The notes beneath the pieces are model-generated. The model was not told the DNA's origin, made no database searches, and saw only the letters and a list, made by a program, of their open reading frames with translations. A stretch of 64,000 nucleotides of DNA, from positions 11,408-75,407 of the forward strand of contig JAHBAU020000007.1 in NCBI GenBank assembly GCA_018499905.2, given 5' to 3'. Source of the stretch: Candidatus Saccharimonadota bacterium. Lineage in GTDB: Bacteria > Patescibacteriota > Saccharimonadia > Saccharimonadales > AQU-01. Positions 59,630 to 64,000 of the stretch are shown here, one piece after another (position 1 is the first letter of the stretch; each line of letters opens with the position of its first letter). The position numbers and the translations under genes are program-made.

Positions 59630-60361
59630 TTACTGAATAGGCTTAGCACTACGCTTACTATCTACATTAAAATGCCACACATCGTCATGTTCATACCTTG
59701 CAAGTGCAATGGTAAGATTAGGTGCAGTTGGCTTACTAAGATATATGACTCTTGCAATATCTAATGCTGGTAGTTGATACCAGACTACGTATACATCCGC
59801 AAATACCTCTATTGCTTGTTTTGCACCCTTGCGGATTCCTTCAATCTCTATCTCACCTGCTTGACTGTATATATTTACAATCAATGCACAGTTATCAGGA
59901 TAATCAGCACGCCTAGCAGCCTTCTTGTTGATTTGTGTAATTACGTGAGCATTGCTTACCTTTGTTGCTGGAAAATAGCCCTGCACCATTACCTGCTGGA
60001 CAAGCATTTTTGCGTGAGCTTGATCATGCCATATAGCACCGTCTGATAATACATTTTCAGTCTGAGCCTTTGCAGAATCTTCAATACCTACGAAGGCTTG
60101 GTAAGTGTTTTTTGTACCTGCTTGCTCTGCAACCCATTGATAGTACGAAACAACAGCTCCAAGACCCATTAGCTCACCTGCGTTAAGGTCGATGGTTGTA
60201 CCGCTTGCAAAATTCGCTGGCAAATCAATTGAGTTTAATTTAGCAATGGGACGATTATTGAGCAGTAAGCTTATCTTGTCTTTCGTAGACTTACCGTCGT
60301 ACATACCTAAGACTATCTTAATTGCGTTATCTGGGTGTAGACCAACTCCATCAAAATTCAT
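59630..60361 (-). CDS. hypothetical protein
   Basis: 243-aa ORF; TATACT shortly upstream. Confidence 0.7.
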   Translation of the reverse strand: MNFDGVGLHPDNAIKIVLGMYDGKSTKDKISLLLNNRPIAKLNSIDLPANFASGTTIDLNAGELMGLGAVVSYYQWVAEQAGTKNTYQAFVGIEDSAKAQTENVLSDGAIWHDQAHAKMLVQQVMVQGYFPATKVSNAHVITQINKKAARRADYPDNCALIVNIYSQAGEIEIEGIRKGAKQAIEVFADVYVVWYQLPALDIARVIYLSKPTAPNLTIALARYEHDDVWHFNVDSKRSAKPIQ

Positions 60362-60544
60362 ACTAACAGTATACTGCTAATCAGTGGAGCGTGGCTTGGC
60401 CATGGCCAAGAATTAGCGTTGTGGTATGGAGTATTAAATATAGTGGTGAGTGTGGTGGGGTAGCAAAAATCTGGGAAAAAAATTTTCGCAGGGTTACCAA
60501 CCTATATTTTGGGCAAAAAGATGAAAGAACATATTCCTGAGTAT

Positions 60545-60676
60545 TTACCACTTACCGCCAGCAGTTTCTTGTAGTTCTTTGATCTGTTGAGGAGTGTAGC
60601 CACGTGTTCTTTTATCTAGTGGAGGCATCAAGAAGGTTATATCGAATGGTATGGTTGCGTCTTGTGAATACCAATA
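60545..60676 (-). pseudogene. detached 3' end of the integrase gene (rejoined in frame on excision)
   Basis: frame YW|YSQDATIPFDITFLMPP...GGKW matches the integrase KYW| frame at the shared TATTGG. Confidence 0.75.
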
Positions 60677-60701
60677 GATAAGCTCATAGGTGTGCATTAT
60701 A
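60648..60701 (-). other. attachment junction B-core-P' with the native ychF promoter and start
   Basis: TATAAT-8 nt-ATG AGC TTA TCT ATT GGT ATT (MSLSIGI), then element sequence, stopping at 60637. Confidence 0.88.
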
Positions 60702-60812
60702 TCCGACAAATCCTCTTGGGTACATTGAAGTGTTTGCAAAATCAATGTAATTGTCAGGATTCGTTCATAAATCAGTTGCTATACTAGAGGATAATTAGCA
60801 TAAGTAGAATCT

Positions 60813-62144
60813 ATGAAATTTCTTTCGAAGCAGTTTTTTATTGTTGTTATGGTGCTACTCATTGTGGCGGCTTCGGCTTCGACGTGGTATGCAGTCACCC
60901 AGTCTGGGCGCCAGCTTAAAGATTCATTGCTCGGCCGTGTTTCTTCCATGAGCGCCTTCGTCGACCCATCACTTATCCAAGCACTGAAGGGGGATGAGAC
61001 AGATCTGGAACGCCCAGAGTATGCTGAGCTCAAGAAGAGTTTAAAGTCTGCAGTAAGGTTGAATGCCGATGTCCGTTTTGTCTACCTCATGGCAAAAGAC
61101 CAGGACGGTGTGTACTTTTTAGCAGACTCGACCGATCCGACAAGCGAGGACTACTCGGCGCCAGGTGATCGTTACCCAGAGGCATCACCTGAGCTTATTG
61201 CCAGCTTTGACAGAGCTGACGAATTTATTGAAGGCCCGGCTAGCGACTCGTTTGGGACGTGGCTGTCAGGGCTTTCGCCAGTATACAATGCAGAAGGCAC
61301 TGTCATTGCGATGCTTGGTATGGACATCGACTATTCTGTTTATGAAGCCCAAGTAACAAGGGCGGCTCTCGTCCCGATTGGCATATTCCTCTTCTTGATA
61401 AGCCTAGACTTTTTTGGTGTGTATGTCCGACGACAGGAGCAGGACGCCGCTAACCTTAAGGCCGAACTTGTATCGATTGCTTCCCATGATCTGCGTTCGC
61501 CACTCACTGGCATAGAGTGGGCTGCAAAGGCCATTGCCGAAAACCCACAAGATGAAAACAACGCCCGAGAAATGGGAATTGCCGTCGCCACCACTACCAC
61601 CGAACTACGCAATACCGTGAACACCATTTTGCAGATGGCTGTCGAAGGACGGGGGATTGACACCGGTATTCATAAAGAAATCCTCAGCCTCAAGCAGCTA
61701 CTGACTGAATCGGCTGATGTGTTTCGGTTGCCTGCACAGTCGCACAAAACTAAAATTATCCTGAGTACATCGGTGACTGACGAAATTAGCGTGTTTGTCG
61801 ACAAAGAAAAATTCAAACGTGCCTTGTCGAACCTTATTAATAATGCGGTCAAATACACACGGCCAGACACTGAAATTTCCATTGAGTACGAGCTAAAGGA
61901 TAACCAGCATGTTATTGGCATTCGCGACCAAGGAGTCGGTATACCGGTTGCCGATCAAGAAAAAGTCATGGCAGGTTATCATCGGGCGGCTAATGTCGCA
62001 CGTTCTGGGATTGAAGGAACGGGTCTGGGCATAATTCTTACGAGAAAAATCATCGAAGCCCATGGCGGAACACTGACATTTGAAAGCACCGAGAATGTCG
62101 GCACTTGCTTCTACATACACCTACCAGCGTCCGAGCAGGCTTAA
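60813..62144 (+). CDS. sensor histidine kinase
   Basis: 2 TM, ASHDLRSPL, NLINNAVKY, DQGVG, GTGLG. Confidence 0.96.
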   Translation: MKFLSKQFFIVVMVLLIVAASASTWYAVTQSGRQLKDSLLGRVSSMSAFVDPSLIQALKGDETDLERPEYAELKKSLKSAVRLNADVRFVYLMAKDQDGVYFLADSTDPTSEDYSAPGDRYPEASPELIASFDRADEFIEGPASDSFGTWLSGLSPVYNAEGTVIAMLGMDIDYSVYEAQVTRAALVPIGIFLFLISLDFFGVYVRRQEQDAANLKAELVSIASHDLRSPLTGIEWAAKAIAENPQDENNAREMGIAVATTTTELRNTVNTILQMAVEGRGIDTGIHKEILSLKQLLTESADVFRLPAQSHKTKIILSTSVTDEISVFVDKEKFKRALSNLINNAVKYTRPDTEISIEYELKDNQHVIGIRDQGVGIPVADQEKVMAGYHRAANVARSGIEGTGLGIILTRKIIEAHGGTLTFESTENVGTCFYIHLPASEQA

Positions 62145-62156
62145 AACGAGTTACAC

Positions 62157-62516
62157 TTAGATATAGTTACGAACGGTGTCAAACAGGGCGTTTACGTCAA
62201 AATCATTTTTGTTGAAGTATTCGTACACACCTAGCTGTAGGGCGCGGTTCACTTTTTCGACTGTTTCGTCAGAAGTTAAGATAATCGCTGGCCAGTGTTT
62301 GCCTTGTCTGCGCAAGCTATCAATTAAATCCAACCCGCCAATGCCTGGCATGTTAAGATCAACAATCATCAGACCAAACTCTTCTTTTTTGGCTGTTTCA
62401 ATTGCACTCTGTCCGTTTTCGCACTCCACCACCTTGTAACCAGCAACTGTGAGCTGACGACTCACGGCGTTACGAAATGCTTGGTCATCGTCTACGAGTA
62501 AGATTGTGTGATTCAT
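62157..62516 (-). CDS. single-domain response regulator
   Basis: LLVDDD, DLNMPG, ILTS, K motifs. Confidence 0.95.
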   Translation of the reverse strand: MNHTILLVDDDQAFRNAVSRQLTVAGYKVVECENGQSAIETAKKEEFGLMIVDLNMPGIGGLDLIDSLRRQGKHWPAIILTSDETVEKVNRALQLGVYEYFNKNDFDVNALFDTVRNYI

Positions 62517-62589
62517 AGCATTGAGTATAAGTCATTATTACCAGTCAGGCGAAATCAATCTTTGTAATCACTTGACCTAAGGAGTGGTC

Positions 62590-64000
62590 CTACAAGCCGA
62601 CGACGTAGTTGAAAGCGCTTCTCTGGCCGTTAAAGTAGTTGCTGGTGTCGTTCCAAAGTTCGATAAGCAAAGTGGGGATGCCGTGTTTGTCGTGCAGCCA
62701 GTCTTCGAAGGCGCCGGTTGTATCGTAGTTAAAGGTGGTGCCGAGTTCGCTGTTTTTTCGGGCCCACAAACCAGACTTTTTACCGTAGTTATACGTGATG
62801 TCCCAAGAGTTGCCGGATTCGTTGGCAATCACCATGCCGCCCGATGAGTGATAGGTCAGCACTAACACCGGATCTTGGGCCAGGACATAATTAGCCAAGG
62901 CGCTGGATTCTGGTTCGCTTAACGGTGCGGTGCCGCCGCCGTAATCTAAGAACTCACCGTTTGGCATGCTCACCCCAGGTTTCCAGCTGTTAGAAGGGAA
63001 ATTGCGGTTGAGGTCAACGTTGTTGGCATTGGTTCGGCGATTCTGGGCATAGCCGTCGGGGTTTAGATTAGGAATAATGATGATGCTGTTGCTGCTGGCG
63101 ATTGTGCTGGGGTTGGCTTCTAAATGATCAATAAGAGAATTCAGCGTGTAAACCGAGCTTTTTTCGTTGCCGTGGGTGCCGCCAACAAAGATGATGTTTT
63201 TGCCGCCGCTGCCAAAACGGTAGGCGTTTATGCTGCGCCCCAACACACTGGAACCAATGCTAAATACTGTCTGGCAGGTGGTGCGTGAGCCGTACTGCCA
63301 CGCCTGGCCGCCGCCAATACCGTAATTGTTTATGAGGCCAGCCTGTACCCGGACGGTAAAGCTCACACACTTGCCTAAGGCTGCCGGTGTAATGAACAGC
63401 TGGTTGCCTGAGGCCGACACGCCAGCGGTAATTGGTGCGCCATTGGCCTCAACGGAGACAAAACTAGCGAAGTTTTGGCCGCTCTGCAGAACGCTGTCAA
63501 ACGTGATGCCAATTTTGGTGCCGGGAGCTACTTTATAACTACCAATGCTGACACCGCTCACTTTGGGCCCGCCGGAAGTCGTAAACGGCAGAACGTATGG
63601 TGCGGCCAGCTGGCTTTGGTCGGTAGCTTCAACTTGATCGATAATCAAGTGGTAAGTGGTTTCACGACCCAGCGGCGCGGCAAATTTGACGATAATAACG
63701 CTCTCTTGAATTTCGTAGGTGGTTGCCACCACCTGGTTGCCGCTGTTCGTGATGGCTTCCAGGCGCAGGTTAGTGGCAGACGTCACCGGCTTGTTTAACG
63801 TCAGGATCAATGTGTCTGGGGCGTCATACACCGTTGTGCTTGGGGCGACGCTGGACGATACAACGGTCACTGGTTCGATGGTGGTGATGGTGCCGCTATA
63901 GACATCGCTTAGGCGGGCATCTTTGTAATATCGCTCCAAAGTAACCGAATAACTTTGACCTTGAGTGAGGTTGAGCGGCTCGAGCTCGCAAGCGAGGTTG
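62590..64000 (-). CDS. M14 zinc carboxypeptidase (MpaA-like) with Ig-like domains, 5' end outside the window
   Basis: HGNE, NPDG, RRTNANNVDLNRNF, SEPE, TYHS, IEL; frame open to the window end. Confidence 0.92.
   Translation of the reverse strand, partial: NLACELEPLNLTQGQSYSVTLERYYKDARLSDVYSGTITTIEPVTVVSSSVAPSTTVYDAPDTLILTLNKPVTSATNLRLEAITNSGNQVVATTYEIQESVIIVKFAAPLGRETTYHLIIDQVEATDQSQLAAPYVLPFTTSGGPKVSGVSIGSYKVAPGTKIGITFDSVLQSGQNFASFVSVEANGAPITAGVSASGNQLFITPAALGKCVSFTVRVQAGLINNYGIGGGQAWQYGSRTTCQTVFSIGSSVLGRSINAYRFGSGGKNIIFVGGTHGNEKSSVYTLNSLIDHLEANPSTIASSNSIIIIPNLNPDGYAQNRRTNANNVDLNRNFPSNSWKPGVSMPNGEFLDYGGGTAPLSEPESSALANYVLAQDPVLVLTYHSSGGMVIANESGNSWDITYNYGKKSGLWARKNSELGTTFNYDTTGAFEDWLHDKHGIPTLLIELWNDTSNYFNGQRSAFNYVVGL

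Larger units (their letters stand above)
43308..60676 (-). mobile_element. 17.4-kb integrative element inserted in the 5' end of ychF
   Basis: serine recombinase, Xis-like HTH and primase-helicase; TATTGG core at both ends (43308-43313, 60671-60676); displaced ychF start at 60687; visibly AT-richer than flanks. Confidence 0.93.

Noticed and set aside
43308..60676. Intact prophage or conjugative element
   Set aside because: No capsid, portal, large terminase, tail, lysis or T4SS genes were recognised.
60545..60745. 66-aa ORF as an independent gene
   Set aside because: It is a chimera across the att junction; only the part after TATTGG is meaningful, as the integrase tail.
60791..60801. ATGCTAATTAT on the minus strand resembles the ychF start ATGCTAAGTAT
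   Set aside because: Reads MLIIL then stop; 60687 gives MSLSIGI with a -10 box, the shared core and dyad symmetry, so it is the true junction.
60813..62516. Histidine kinase and response regulator as part of the metal island
   Set aside because: They lie outside the att junction and have host-like composition.
1..64000. tRNA, rRNA or CRISPR array
   Set aside because: No T-loop/cloverleaf, rRNA-like tract or regularly spaced repeats were recognised by eye; a covariance scan was not run.

Overview
Chromosomal segment, most likely from a Patescibacteria (CPR; Saccharibacteria-like) genome. This is inferred from the streamlined housekeeping set, the many orphan ORFs and -10 boxes placed 6-9 nt before start codons. 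Positions 1-43.3 kb hold core genes (polA, mutM, fused otsAB, holA, rpsT, rpsO-pnp, family-4 UDG, rnj, ftsK, rpsF-ssb-rpsR, efp, tlyA, ychF) interleaved with hypothetical genes. A 17.4-kb, AT-richer integrative element (43308-60676) is inserted in the first codons of ychF. It encodes a large serine recombinase, an excisionase-like HTH, a primase-helicase and two copper/metal/redox cargo modules (DsbA, cupredoxin, DUF305 proteins, cytochrome bd, PAP2, CDF; CsoR, CopB). Four observations stand out. (1) Both att junctions can be read directly: the element supplies a replacement ychF start, and excision would swap the integrase C-terminus in frame. (2) A second, intact attP-like site with a different central dinucleotide (GC vs GG) lies 63 bp upstream, inside the integrase gene. 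(3) Two related CxxxC leader ORFs each end in a hairpin that hides the downstream Shine-Dalgarno site, suggesting a metal-sensing translational switch. (4) A diverged ~170-bp repeat precedes each cargo module. No tRNA, rRNA or CRISPR array was recognised. All family assignments come from motif recognition by eye, not database searches.
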